In this document: positions 27,422-37,339 of the stretch, piece by piece
How positions within the stretch are numbered: position 1 is the first letter of the stretch
Layout: each line of letters starts with the position of its first letter
Assembly: GCA_963662405.2 (NCBI GenBank)
Contig: CAXXKT010000001.1
Span: forward strand, 1,504,001-1,568,000
DNA length: 64,000 nt
Source of the DNA: Syntrophales bacterium
GTDB taxonomy: Bacteria; Desulfobacterota; Syntrophia; Syntrophales; UBA2210
Direction: 5' to 3'
Notes under the pieces: model-generated
The model's input: only the letters and a program-made list of their open reading frames with translations
Told to the model about the DNA's origin: nothing
Databases searched by the model: none
Position numbers and translations under genes: made by a program

Positions 27422-28639
27422 TTAGCCCGCCATCTTGGTGAGATCCCACATGGGGAGAAAGATGGCCATGGCGAAAAAACCGACCACTGCCGCGAGAGAG
27501 ATGATCAGGATCGGTCCGATCGACTCCGATAACCCCTTGACGGCATATGCAACTTCATCGTCATAGTGCGTCGCAATTCCCCGAAGCATCTCTTCGAGCT
27601 GTCCGGATTCTTCACCGATCGCGACCATATCGACGACCATCGGGGGAAAGTAGCGCGATGATCTCAGCGGACCGGAAATCCCCTTTCCTTCCTGAATCTG
27701 ATCCTTCAGACCGGAAAATTCCCTGCTGATGGCGGCATTTCCGATGGTTCCGACAAGGATATCGAGGGCACTCAGGACCGTTACACCACTCGCCTGGAGG
27801 ATCGAAAAGATGCTCGCGAACCGGGACATGGCGGCCTTGACCAGGAGCGTGCCGATCAGGGGAATCCGCAAAATGAAACGGTCCCGTACATACCGACCAT
27901 GCTCCGTTTTGAACCAATACCGCAGCCCGAGAATGACCACGAAGAGCCCTCCCACGAGCAGATACGCGTATTCGGAGAGCATACGGTATAGGTACAAACA
28001 GATCAGAGTCGGGATGGGAAGATCCAGACCGGCCTTGGTAAAGATCGACACGAATCGGGGTATGACAAAGGTGAGGAGAACGAAAAAAGCGACGCCAAGG
28101 GTGATGAAAACCATCATCGGATACTGCAGGGCCGATTTGATGTCCGACCGTACCTTGTTTTCGTGTTCCAGGAGATAGACCAGGCGTTCAAGAACATCGG
28201 AGAGGGCCCCACTGGATTCTCCCGCTTCTATCATGCTGACATAAAGAGAGGGGAATATGCCGGGATGTTGAGCGAATGCTTCGTGCAGGGCCGACCCCTC
28301 TTTTATTTCCGATGATATGGTCGCTATGGATTTCTTGAGTTTCAGATTCTGCGTCTGATGCTCCAGTATCTCGAGCACCTTGAGAATCGGGAGACCGGCG
28401 ATGAGCATGGTTCTGAACTGCTTGGTAAAGAGGATCAATTCCTTCATCGTGACCGATGTCAGATCCGCTTGTATCCGAGAGAGAAAGCTGCCGGATCGAC
28501 CGTCTCCTTCGGCCACGGAGGACGGAATGAGCCCCTGTTCACTCAAAAGATACTGCGCCGTCTCAATCGATTGCGCCTCGATCGTCCCGGAAATCTCGAT
28601 CCCTCTCTGATTGATCGCTTTATAAAGAAAGGTCGGCAT
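27422..28639 (-). CDS. pilC: Type IV pilus/T2SS platform protein (GspF family)
   Basis: Two GspF repeats, AGESSG/IGEESG. Confidence 0.88.
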   Translation of the reverse strand: MPTFLYKAINQRGIEISGTIEAQSIETAQYLLSEQGLIPSSVAEGDGRSGSFLSRIQADLTSVTMKELILFTKQFRTMLIAGLPILKVLEILEHQTQNLKLKKSIATISSEIKEGSALHEAFAQHPGIFPSLYVSMIEAGESSGALSDVLERLVYLLEHENKVRSDIKSALQYPMMVFITLGVAFFVLLTFVIPRFVSIFTKAGLDLPIPTLICLYLYRMLSEYAYLLVGGLFVVILGLRYWFKTEHGRYVRDRFILRIPLIGTLLVKAAMSRFASIFSILQASGVTVLSALDILVGTIGNAAISREFSGLKDQIQEGKGISGPLRSSRYFPPMVVDMVAIGEESGQLEEMLRGIATHYDDEVAYAVKGLSESIGPILIISLAAVVGFFAMAIFLPMWDLTKMAG

Positions 28640-28641
28640 TA

Positions 28642-30351
28642 TTACAGCACCATGACCGTCGAGGCTGCCTCTTCGAGGGTCGTTATTCCCCTGACGACCC
28701 GGTCCGCAGCGTCATCCTTCAGTGTTGTCAGTTTTCCCGCTGCCTGCGCCCGTCGTGTAATTTCCTGTGTGGTGTTTCCCTTGAGAATCATCTCTTGGAT
28801 CTCCTCATCGACCTGTAAGACCTCGAAGAGACCCGTGCGCCCTTTATACCCGGTATTCATGCACTGGGGACACCCCCTCCCACGCTGAAAGTCGGCCCCT
28901 TCGACCTTGTCGAGGCCCCAGGCCCTGAGGGCATCAATCGGCGGTGTGTAGGGCTCCTTGCAGTACGGACAGATCGTTCGCACCAAGCGTTGGGCGAATG
29001 ATACCAGGAGGACCGAAGAAATCAGGAACGGCTCCACCCCCATCTCCATAAATCGGGTGATGGTCCCTGCCGCGTCATTGGTATGGAGGGTACTCAGGAC
29101 CCGGTGTCCGGTCAGGGCAGCCTGCACGGCGAGTCCCGCGGTTTCACTGTCCCTGACCTCCCCCACCAAGATCACATCGGGGTCCTGACGGAGTATCGAT
29201 CTGAGTCCGCTCGCGAAGGTCATCCCCGCCTTGCGGTTCAGTTGAACCTGCCGTATGTGCTCCACCCGATATTCGACAGGATCTTCCAGCGTAATGATGT
29301 TGATATCAGGTGTATTGAGTTCCCGAAGGATAGCATACAAACTGGTGCTTTTACCGCTTCCCGTCGGTCCGGCGCTGAGTATCATGCCATAGGGCTTGAC
29401 GATGGCCGATTCTATTTTTTGTCTGTCCAGAACGGACATGCCCAGCTGCTCAAGGGAATAGACGCCGGAACTCATGTCGAGGAGACGAAGCACGACGTTT
29501 TCCCCATAGATGGTGGGAAGTGATGATGCCCTGACGTTGATCTCTCGCTTGTCCATCCTGACCGTGAAGCGCCCGTCCTGGGGTACCCGTGATACGGAGA
29601 TATCCATATTGGACAGGATCTTGATCCGCGAAACGATCGGGAGCATCAGGGCCTTCGGGGGAGAGGGAACCTCATGCAGTTTTCCATCGACACGGAACCG
29701 CAACTGCGCCTTTTCCGCCTCAGGGCTGATATGGATATCGCTCGCTCCTTCCCGGACGGCTTGGGCGATGATGGAATTCACGATCCTGACGACGGGGGCC
29801 TCCTCGGCCATACCTTGAAGCGAACTGACATGGACATCGACATCCTCTGTTGCGGTATCTTTCTGAACGGCGAGCGGGACATCTTCAACTCCTTCCAGGA
29901 CCTGTTGCAGTCCCCCCGCCTGGGTGCCGTAGGTGAGTGTGATCAGCTGGTTTATCTCTTTTTCGGAACAGACGACGGGCAAGACCTCCATGTTGGTAAA
30001 CACTTCCGTGGAGTCAATGGCATTGATATCCATGGGGTCCGCCATGGCAACCGTGAGGAGCCGCATCTTCTTCCTGAGGGGAACGATCTGATATTTCTGG
30101 ACCATCTCGTAGGGAATCAGTTCCGAGAGACCCTGGTCTAGCGGATATTCCTTGGAATCATATTTTTCAATCTTCAGTTGCCTGCTGATCTGATCGATTA
30201 CCTGTTCTTCCCGTACGATCCCTTGACGGACCAGGTATTGTCCAAGCTTCAGGCCTGTTCCCTTTTGAGCGGCCAAGGCCTTTTGCAGTTGATCATCGGT
30301 CAAAAGACCCGCATCGACCAGCATTTCCCCAAGTTTTTTACGTATATTCAC
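28642..30351 (-). CDS. pilB: Type IV pilus assembly ATPase (GspE/PilB)
   Basis: KLGEMLV MshEN-like N-terminus, GPTGSGKS, LRQDPD, CxxC pairs. Confidence 0.9.
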   Translation of the reverse strand: MNIRKKLGEMLVDAGLLTDDQLQKALAAQKGTGLKLGQYLVRQGIVREEQVIDQISRQLKIEKYDSKEYPLDQGLSELIPYEMVQKYQIVPLRKKMRLLTVAMADPMDINAIDSTEVFTNMEVLPVVCSEKEINQLITLTYGTQAGGLQQVLEGVEDVPLAVQKDTATEDVDVHVSSLQGMAEEAPVVRIVNSIIAQAVREGASDIHISPEAEKAQLRFRVDGKLHEVPSPPKALMLPIVSRIKILSNMDISVSRVPQDGRFTVRMDKREINVRASSLPTIYGENVVLRLLDMSSGVYSLEQLGMSVLDRQKIESAIVKPYGMILSAGPTGSGKSTSLYAILRELNTPDINIITLEDPVEYRVEHIRQVQLNRKAGMTFASGLRSILRQDPDVILVGEVRDSETAGLAVQAALTGHRVLSTLHTNDAAGTITRFMEMGVEPFLISSVLLVSFAQRLVRTICPYCKEPYTPPIDALRAWGLDKVEGADFQRGRGCPQCMNTGYKGRTGLFEVLQVDEEIQEMILKGNTTQEITRRAQAAGKLTTLKDDAADRVVRGITTLEEAASTVMVL

Positions 30352-30401
30352 CTGCAGACCCTTTCAATGCAACGGCATGCTCTCGCCACGGTTTCCCCCT
30401 T

Positions 30402-32009
30402 TCATGATACCCGTTCCACTCGTTTACGAACGAATACCACCTGGGAGAAAAAGATCGTGTCACCTTTCCAGCTGTGAATGATGCGTGCTTCCGAAGCGAT
30501 AGGCGACGGCAATCGGTCAATCGCGTTTTGTGCTTCGTTGCCATCGGTAAAACGTCTCTTTAGAATGATATCGAATTGAAGCCCTTTGCCTTCGTTCCAG
30601 TGTGGAAATAGCTGTATCGGAGCGACTTTGGTCAGATAGCTGCGGTACACGGCGTAGGCATCCTCAAGGTTGTCGCGTTGTGCAAGGGCTATCAAACACG
30701 TTCCTTCGAGAAGGGGAGGACCATCCACGGCGGTCGCCGGAAGCTTGAGCATGGTCCCCGGCTCGATCCTGTTCGGATCATGGATGTGAGGATTGGCCTT
30801 CCAGACCGATGCTATACGATTGCCGGTGCATTGAGCCCCGTACAATCCCCTGATCACCTTGCAGATGGTCTCGTCCTTCTTGACGATGAGCCACCCCAGC
30901 GACTCGGGGCGGGCCGGTACCGGTTGGGTCCGCGCCTCTTCGGCAGGAACACTTTTTTGAAGGGTAAGCCTTACGGAGGGGGGGACGGCTGTTCTCTCGG
31001 ATTCAACCGGTACGGCAACGGCAGCCGCATCCCCCGGCTGAAGGGCGACGCCTCGTATCGGTTGTGTCGAGTTCTCCGGAAACAGGAGATTGTAGCCAAC
31101 GTCCAGGCCAACCACGGTAATCAAAAGCCCTCCGAGAACGGCAACCAGGGGAATCTTCCACGACCTCCGGGGGATTTCGCGTCCGCGGGCGCAGGTCCTG
31201 ACCAGAAATGCACCGGCCTTTGATTGATTTCGTATGATCAGCGCGAGAATAATCCGGTGGCACAACCCGATGATCTTGCGGGGATATCCTCTCGTAGCTC
31301 GATATATCTCCCAGAGGGCCGGGAGGGTGAATCGAATCTCTTTCCCCGTCCCTCTTTCCCTGGTCGTATCCAGACGGAACTGCACCATCCCCCGCGTATC
31401 GGCAAAGCCCAAAGGGTGCAGTTCATACAAGAAGTTGACCCGATCCGCGAATGCCCGGTGAGCTTCAAGGATCGGATAAAACTCCTTCTGCGCGAATATA
31501 ATGATCTGGAGCAGTTTGTGCTCATTTGTCTCATAATTGAGAAATTCTCTCAGGATCTCCAGGCAGAAATCCTGAATCTTCTGCCCCTCGTCGATAATCA
31601 AAACCAGATTTTTTCTCTCGCCTACGCCTTTATCAAAAAGATGATTTTTGATCTTCTCTTTCAAGTGCCATTCCGTCAGGTCCGGGGCGATGCCCTTGAT
31701 CCCCAGGATCTCCGCGACGGCACGGAGAAAATCGATCGATCTGCTGAACGAGGGGTCGAGAATCAGGTATGTCTCGATGTCCGTATCGTCGGCGAGTCCA
31801 CGTATAATCCGCCGGCAGATGGTGGTTTTACCCGCTCCCACATCCCCGATGACAACATTCAACCCGCGGAGCAGACGAACCGAAAGTTCCAGTTTCTGCA
31901 GACACTCCACATGCTGGGGAGACCGGTAAAACAAGTCAGGTTCGGGAGAGTTCGAAAAGGGTTCCCTGCCGAAGTCTAACAGCCTGAAATAGTCCATGTC
32001 ACGTATCAC
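30402..32009 (-). CDS. ExeA-like AAA ATPase with TM and LysM-like C-terminal region
   Basis: GDVGAGKT, IIDEGQ, GYPR; ANPHIHDPNRIEPG. Confidence 0.8.
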   Translation of the reverse strand: MIRDMDYFRLLDFGREPFSNSPEPDLFYRSPQHVECLQKLELSVRLLRGLNVVIGDVGAGKTTICRRIIRGLADDTDIETYLILDPSFSRSIDFLRAVAEILGIKGIAPDLTEWHLKEKIKNHLFDKGVGERKNLVLIIDEGQKIQDFCLEILREFLNYETNEHKLLQIIIFAQKEFYPILEAHRAFADRVNFLYELHPLGFADTRGMVQFRLDTTRERGTGKEIRFTLPALWEIYRATRGYPRKIIGLCHRIILALIIRNQSKAGAFLVRTCARGREIPRRSWKIPLVAVLGGLLITVVGLDVGYNLLFPENSTQPIRGVALQPGDAAAVAVPVESERTAVPPSVRLTLQKSVPAEEARTQPVPARPESLGWLIVKKDETICKVIRGLYGAQCTGNRIASVWKANPHIHDPNRIEPGTMLKLPATAVDGPPLLEGTCLIALAQRDNLEDAYAVYRSYLTKVAPIQLFPHWNEGKGLQFDIILKRRFTDGNEAQNAIDRLPSPIASEARIIHSWKGDTIFFSQVVFVRKRVERVS

Positions 32010-33616
32010 TCGTGTGTCTTAATGTGGTTGTCGGTATCCGCCTGTTGCGGGGCCACTTCCGGCTTCAGGATACGAGGGGTGATAAAGATCAGCACCTCTT
32101 CCAGCTTCTCGGCCCTGCTGTCTGCCTTGAACAGATACCCCAACGCCGGGATGTCTTTGAGCCCCGGAACGCCGGCATCTCCTCCGGAGGTTCGCTGCTT
32201 GCTGAGTCCCGAGATCACGACGGTCTCTCCATCATTGACGATCAGTGTCGTGTCGGTCTGTTTCTTGATGATGTAGGGATTCCCCGCGACATCGCGTGAC
32301 GTATCCACTTCATCTTTCTTGATCAGTATCTTCATCTTCAGGCTTTGCCCGTCAATGACATGGGGGGTGATTTCCAGACGCAACACGGCGTCTTCCCAGC
32401 TGACCTCCTGGTCACCATCTGAATACGAAACGAAAGGAACACGTTCACCATTTTCGGTAAAGGCCATCTGGTTGTCGAGGGTCGTGATGGAGGGACTGGA
32501 AAGGATATTCAGCTTGCCTCTCGACTGCAGGGCACTCAGCTGCATCTCAAGGATGTTCCCTCCGATCTTTCCGAACATGAGTCCCAGGGAGGCTGCTCCG
32601 CCTGCCGTGTCTATGGCGCTGCCGCTTACGGGAAAATTGATGCCCATACCATGGCCACTGACACCCGTGCTTCCGTACACGGGCGTATACCCGCCGCCGG
32701 CGGGATCTGCCCCGGTCGTTCCGGTATTTCCACCGGGGGTAATATAATAGTTATTCCCCCCGGTGGTGTTACCATACATGCCCCCCCACTGTATTCCCAG
32801 TTCACGAGCCGTCTCTTTGGTCGTTTCAACGATATTCGCCTCTATGCGAATCTGGGGGGTGGGTCTGTCTATGTCGTCTACCATGGCAACAATCTTTTCG
32901 AGGTCCCCCCTCGTCGCCTGTATAACCAGCGAATTGGTGTGCTCATCCACTCGGATCGAACCATGCGGGTTTCCCTTTTCATCTTTGCTCAAGAAGTTCT
33001 CGAGTGTTTCTTTCAATTTTTCGGGGTCCGCGTAATTAACGGGAACGACCATGGGGAGCAGGGGAGACAATCTCTTCTGGATGATCTGCTGTTCAGTTCG
33101 TTCCCTCGCGATCTTCTCCAGTTCGAGATCATTCTGCATATCCGCCGCCGTCGTTATCCGTATAATATCACCGTCCCACACATAGGTAAGCATCTTAGAG
33201 CGCATAATACTGAGAAACGCCTCATCCCACCTGACTTTTCTGAAATCAACACTAATCTTCCCTTCTATCTCCGATTTGATGAGGATGTTTTGTCCGGCTG
33301 CCGTGGCGAGCGTGCGGAGGATAACGCCGACATCGGTGTCACGCATGATGAGGGTGACTTGCATGGTGGGGAGATCCTTGCGCTTCATTTTAATGGCCGC
33401 CGTACTCGGATCTTCCGGTATCGTAAGAGAACGGCTCCGAACAATCGGTGAGCTTCCCGCAGACTCCTTCGCCTTGATATTCCACTGCTCGAAAAACGGA
33501 TCTCTCTCGGGCGCTTTCTGTGTGCCGGCACAACCGAAGGCACATGCACCGGCCATGAGGGCCAAGGTTATCCATGCCATGGTATTTTTTCTCATTACCT
33601 TCACCGTACTCCCCAT
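32006..33616 (-). CDS. pilQ: Type IV pilus secretin
   Basis: Lipobox FGC; QIRIEANIVE...LGIQWG; VPGLKDIPALGYLF; IFITPRI. Confidence 0.9.
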   Translation of the reverse strand: MGSTVKVMRKNTMAWITLALMAGACAFGCAGTQKAPERDPFFEQWNIKAKESAGSSPIVRSRSLTIPEDPSTAAIKMKRKDLPTMQVTLIMRDTDVGVILRTLATAAGQNILIKSEIEGKISVDFRKVRWDEAFLSIMRSKMLTYVWDGDIIRITTAADMQNDLELEKIARERTEQQIIQKRLSPLLPMVVPVNYADPEKLKETLENFLSKDEKGNPHGSIRVDEHTNSLVIQATRGDLEKIVAMVDDIDRPTPQIRIEANIVETTKETARELGIQWGGMYGNTTGGNNYYITPGGNTGTTGADPAGGGYTPVYGSTGVSGHGMGINFPVSGSAIDTAGGAASLGLMFGKIGGNILEMQLSALQSRGKLNILSSPSITTLDNQMAFTENGERVPFVSYSDGDQEVSWEDAVLRLEITPHVIDGQSLKMKILIKKDEVDTSRDVAGNPYIIKKQTDTTLIVNDGETVVISGLSKQRTSGGDAGVPGLKDIPALGYLFKADSRAEKLEEVLIFITPRILKPEVAPQQADTDNHIKTHE

Positions 33617-33622
33617 GAAAGG

Positions 33623-34105
33623 TTACTCCTCCCATAAAGGAACGGCAATCGTTCTTCCCGTTCCCTTTTCTTCAATATCGATCGATGAAGCTCCGATACG
33701 TTTCACAAGGAATCCTCCCTGCTCCAGTTCTTCGCCGGGTTCATAACTCACACCGTCAACAACGGCTATTTTGCGCGTGCCGATTTCCAGATATCCCGTG
33801 TAGGCGATAGGCCTCAGATCGGGCGTCCTCTTCACGGGTTTGTTCTCTCTGTAAAAAGGATCTCGTTCCCATTCGCTCTGGGCCTGGGTCAGGACAGCGG
33901 CATAGAACGGATAGGAACCGCTTTCCTGTAGGGTCTTCGAGGCCGTTGCTATCAGCATGTCGATTTCCTTGGCACGTTCATTCCCGACACCCGCTTGCCT
34001 CGGTGATGAATCGATAAAAAAATCATACGCGCCATACAGGACAACAGTCAGCATGACAACCATGATGACAACCTCTCGCGCTGATACCTTGATCTTTCTC
34101 ATCAT
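33623..34105 (-). CDS. PilP-like pilus assembly protein
   Basis: Position between pilO-like and pilQ; WERDPF motif. Confidence 0.55.
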   Translation of the reverse strand: MMRKIKVSAREVVIMVVMLTVVLYGAYDFFIDSSPRQAGVGNERAKEIDMLIATASKTLQESGSYPFYAAVLTQAQSEWERDPFYRENKPVKRTPDLRPIAYTGYLEIGTRKIAVVDGVSYEPGEELEQGGFLVKRIGASSIDIEEKGTGRTIAVPLWEE

Positions 34106-34644
34106 TCAACCGCCAGCCGTACCGTGAGGTAAAACGCCTGTTGTACGCCTTCTTCCCTGATCTTGATTTCTTCCACTCCTTTGAGGGAGGGGAGTGCTCC
34201 CGTTCCCAACAAAAACTTTCGGAAGTCGAAGAATCCCCCTTTCAGATGAAGAGCAACTACTATCTCATCGGATTTACTTATGATGCTTTGCAGGTTCGGT
34301 CTGACGGCGACCACCTGTACCCCGCTTTCAGCACCGATCTTCTGAAACAAAGAGGCGACGAGGTCTATTGCTCCTCGCGGAAGTGGTTTTGTATCAGGAA
34401 CCGGCAAGACGATCTCGGTCGGATGGTTGTTGTGCTTGGCCATCTCTTCATAGAGAGGCCGGAGGTCCCGTTGCTTTTTTATCAGGTCCGTTACCTGCCG
34501 TATCTTGTCATCGATAGACGCCGAGAATCGCTGGTGCGGATACACGAGGCCGAAATAAAGAATAATCAATATTACAAGAGACAAAAGGCAATACATGATG
34601 CTCCGTTCGGGGATGCTGCCTCTCTGTGCGGTAACAGGCTTCAT
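34102..34644 (-). CDS. PilO-like pilus assembly protein
   Basis: TM + coiled coil + LKGGFFDFRKFL; position in operon. Confidence 0.6.
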   Translation of the reverse strand: MKPVTAQRGSIPERSIMYCLLSLVILIILYFGLVYPHQRFSASIDDKIRQVTDLIKKQRDLRPLYEEMAKHNNHPTEIVLPVPDTKPLPRGAIDLVASLFQKIGAESGVQVVAVRPNLQSIISKSDEIVVALHLKGGFFDFRKFLLGTGALPSLKGVEEIKIREEGVQQAFYLTVRLAVE

Positions 34645-34645
34645 T

Positions 34646-36508
34646 TCATGCTCCCGGAAAAGAAACGCTTATGTTGAAGTGAAGCGCATCTTCGGTATGG
34701 AAGGGTTTTACGGTCTCTTTATCTATCGTGACCTCTTCGAAGATCTGCGACCCCTTGAGGGCAAGGACATATCTTGCCAGAGACGCCTCAAGGGAATCGG
34801 GAGGACCTGTGACGACGCCGCTGATCATCATGCCCGCCGACGCCGGTGCGGCCTTCTTCTCGGCATTCCTCCCCATGGTAGCCGTGACCGTTGAGAGGCA
34901 TATGTCCGGGGGACTCAATCTCGACAGCTCTCCGATGACTGCTGCTCCCCAATACCGCCGGTGGAACTGTTTGAGCGTGAGGCGGTTTTTATCGATTTGT
35001 GAGACCATCGTGTAAGCGCTTTCCTGAACCGTTTTTATATCGGTTTTCATCTGGTGGTCGAGCTGGGTCAGGACGGCTTCTTTCCGTTCAATGACGATTC
35101 CCATCCAGAAAAAGAGTCCGATCAGAATCAGTGCTGCCACGGCGAATGCTGACGCGATCGACCGGTTTACACGGCTGGTTTGTGCAATCTTTTCCTTGTC
35201 TCTGTGGGTGCATATGAGATTCAATGTACGAGACATGCTCGACAGCGCCAGGCCCAGCGCGGAAGTCAGCGAAGCCCTTTGAGAGACGGATGTATGTTCC
35301 GTTATCGCATTCAGCGGATTATCCGGGCCCATGGGATCCAGTACCGTGTTATCCACCCTGAGTTGGCCGCCGATATATTCGGTAACGGGCCGATACACCC
35401 CGCCATCGGAGAATACATAAATGTAATCGATCCCCTCATTACCCAGAATAACGGTATAGTGCTCAAGGGTTCTCTCCACCTGCCTCACGAGTCGTTCCAA
35501 GGCAGGCTGAATCATCTCGAAGATCTTCTCCTTGCTGAGACCGAAACGGTCGGTTTTTCCATGGGGCGGAGGGGAATCAACCCCCAGGCTGAAAACCAGA
35601 TCCCTTGCATCTTCGAGAGTTATGATGGTTTGTGGCTGTTCGTGATCGATCTCTGTATCGAGAATGTCATCCTGTTCTTTCGGAAGAATCGTGGCTGTAT
35701 GCTCTTCCAAGAGAGAATCAGCCATACTGTCGATTCCCGCTCGTATGCCGCGCGTCATCGTCAGGTTCCCCAGAGAGAAGACGTCGATGCGTGAAGAATC
35801 ATCCCCTATGAAAAGCGTGGCCGCCCGAGCGGGGACAGGGATCCAATCGGCCCTGAACAGGTTTTGCAAGGCGAAGGGGGCAGCGGTCAGGCCGGTCAAC
35901 GGAAAGCCGATTCCTTCAAAGAGTTTTTCAATCTCTTCAACTTCGCGTTTCGGAGCGGTACAGACGACTACCGACAGCTTGGTGACCCCTTCTTCGACCA
36001 CTTCACCCTGGACTTCAAAATCAAGGATCATGTTTGCTTTATCGAAAGCCGAGTTTTTTTTAACGGTCCAGTAGACGGCGTTTTCGAGCTGTTTCTTCGC
36101 CACTTTCGGAATCCGGATGTTTTCCACGTCTACCGTATCAGACCGGATCAGGCTCCAGATATTGAGGCCCCTCCCGGAACCGCAGAACTCTTCAAGGGTT
36201 GCCTTCATAAAAGAGGCATGCTCGGCGGTTCCCCGCACTATCCCCCTTGCAACGGAGACCCGTTTATAACTCAGCAACTCCGACTGGCCGTTCGAGAGCT
36301 GTCTTACCTTGACTAGCCTCAATTCGTCATCCGTGATATCCACTCCCACGGACAGGGCTTTCTTTGCGAAACCACCCCGCAGGTTTTCCTTCCTTGCGGT
36401 TTCGGATGGGGAAACCTTTGGTGTGCCGGATATCACCTCCCGCGTCTCCTTATTGCGGATCAGGGTGAGCAACCGTTCAGTTGAAGAAATGTCTTTGTGG
36501 GAAGGCAC
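34646..36508 (-). CDS. PilM-PilN fusion protein
   Basis: Actin-like VGVDI N-terminal domain, then LNL + TM + coiled coil + PilN-like C-terminus. Start GTG 36508 is inferred. Confidence 0.7.
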   Translation of the reverse strand: MPSHKDISSTERLLTLIRNKETREVISGTPKVSPSETARKENLRGGFAKKALSVGVDITDDELRLVKVRQLSNGQSELLSYKRVSVARGIVRGTAEHASFMKATLEEFCGSGRGLNIWSLIRSDTVDVENIRIPKVAKKQLENAVYWTVKKNSAFDKANMILDFEVQGEVVEEGVTKLSVVVCTAPKREVEEIEKLFEGIGFPLTGLTAAPFALQNLFRADWIPVPARAATLFIGDDSSRIDVFSLGNLTMTRGIRAGIDSMADSLLEEHTATILPKEQDDILDTEIDHEQPQTIITLEDARDLVFSLGVDSPPPHGKTDRFGLSKEKIFEMIQPALERLVRQVERTLEHYTVILGNEGIDYIYVFSDGGVYRPVTEYIGGQLRVDNTVLDPMGPDNPLNAITEHTSVSQRASLTSALGLALSSMSRTLNLICTHRDKEKIAQTSRVNRSIASAFAVAALILIGLFFWMGIVIERKEAVLTQLDHQMKTDIKTVQESAYTMVSQIDKNRLTLKQFHRRYWGAAVIGELSRLSPPDICLSTVTATMGRNAEKKAAPASAGMMISGVVTGPPDSLEASLARYVLALKGSQIFEEVTIDKETVKPFHTEDALHFNISVSFPGA

Positions 36509-36590
36509 CGCACCACTCTCCCGTCTAGTCGTTACCAAACAACCGTTTATGTGCGTACAAATCAATGTCCTCCATGCTGGAAACAAGCTA

Positions 36591-36839
36591 TCAAAAGATG
36601 CTTAACTGCTTGTCCCGTCTGCGAGTCATTTGCGTGCGCCGATAATTTTCAAGGATTTTTTTGGCCTCCCCGATATAATCCGTGGGGAAGTGCTTGAAGG
36701 TTCGCAAACCGGATTGAACCTCCGGAGGCTCCGGGATGATGCCTTTCTCTATATAGCTCCGTATCGTCTTCGCAGAGACCCCGAGAGCCTTTGCCGCATC
36801 TGCAGTTGTGTAATATGTCTTTCCTTCGATAATAACCAT
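36591..36839 (-). CDS. MerR/excisionase-like HTH protein
   Basis: YTTADAAKALGVSAKTIRSYIEKGIIP. Confidence 0.8.
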   Translation of the reverse strand: MVIIEGKTYYTTADAAKALGVSAKTIRSYIEKGIIPEPPEVQSGLRTFKHFPTDYIGEAKKILENYRRTQMTRRRDKQLSIF

Positions 36840-36924
36840 GTGATTCCCCCAGAAACTGCGAAATCATGTACCCCTTGTCGTTGGATCGGAAAGTTCGTCC
36901 ATATCGGAATATCCAACAGGTACT

Positions 36925-36954
36925 AACATACCCTACCTTTCGAACCTATGTCAA
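36925..36954 (-). promoter_or_regulatory. sigma70-like promoter of the HTH/pilus operon
   Basis: TTGACA-N18-TATGTT on the minus strand. Confidence 0.5.
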
Positions 36955-37163
36955 GGTTTTTCGTTTTCCCCTATATCAGGTGAAACGCAATATATTCTTT
37001 AAAATTCAGCTAATTATCAACAATGATATCTTATGCAAAAATAATTATCTTCAATAAGGCCTAAAACCCCGGATAAAGTATTGACACAATCGCTGATCTC
37101 GTAATAGGGAATAATGGCATCTGTCATGAATGTAAGCTGTATGGGGGGGGAGTACCGGTGTGT

Positions 37164-37246
37164 ACAATTCCCACGGACAACAGGCGGGACCGCATCTTCC
37201 TTGTTATGCGCGATAATGCCCGCACAATTCCCACGGATAACAGGCG
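37164..37246. repeat. 23-bp direct repeat, two copies, period 60
   Basis: ACAATTCCCACGGA(C/T)AACAGGCG at 37164 and 37224. Confidence 0.85.
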
Positions 37247-37281
37247 AAACACCTCACAGGCCCCCCGGTCGTTCTGTGTCT

Positions 37282-37297
37282 TGGCAGGCATCTTGCG
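37282..37297 (+). promoter_or_regulatory. sigma54 promoter candidate for the thiolase operon
   Basis: TGGCAG-GCATC-TTGCG, about 43 nt before the ATG. Confidence 0.65.
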
Positions 37298-37339
37298 GAT
37301 CGAGAACACCGCATACACTATATGAAAAGGAGAGGAATT

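Noticed and set aside
36591..36839. Prophage/ICE excisionase
   Set aside because: No integrase, att site or phage genes nearby; the gene is co-oriented with the pilus operon.
37164..37246. Mini CRISPR array (23-bp repeat, 37-bp spacer)
   Set aside because: Only two copies, no palindrome or CRISPR-like terminus, and no cas genes.
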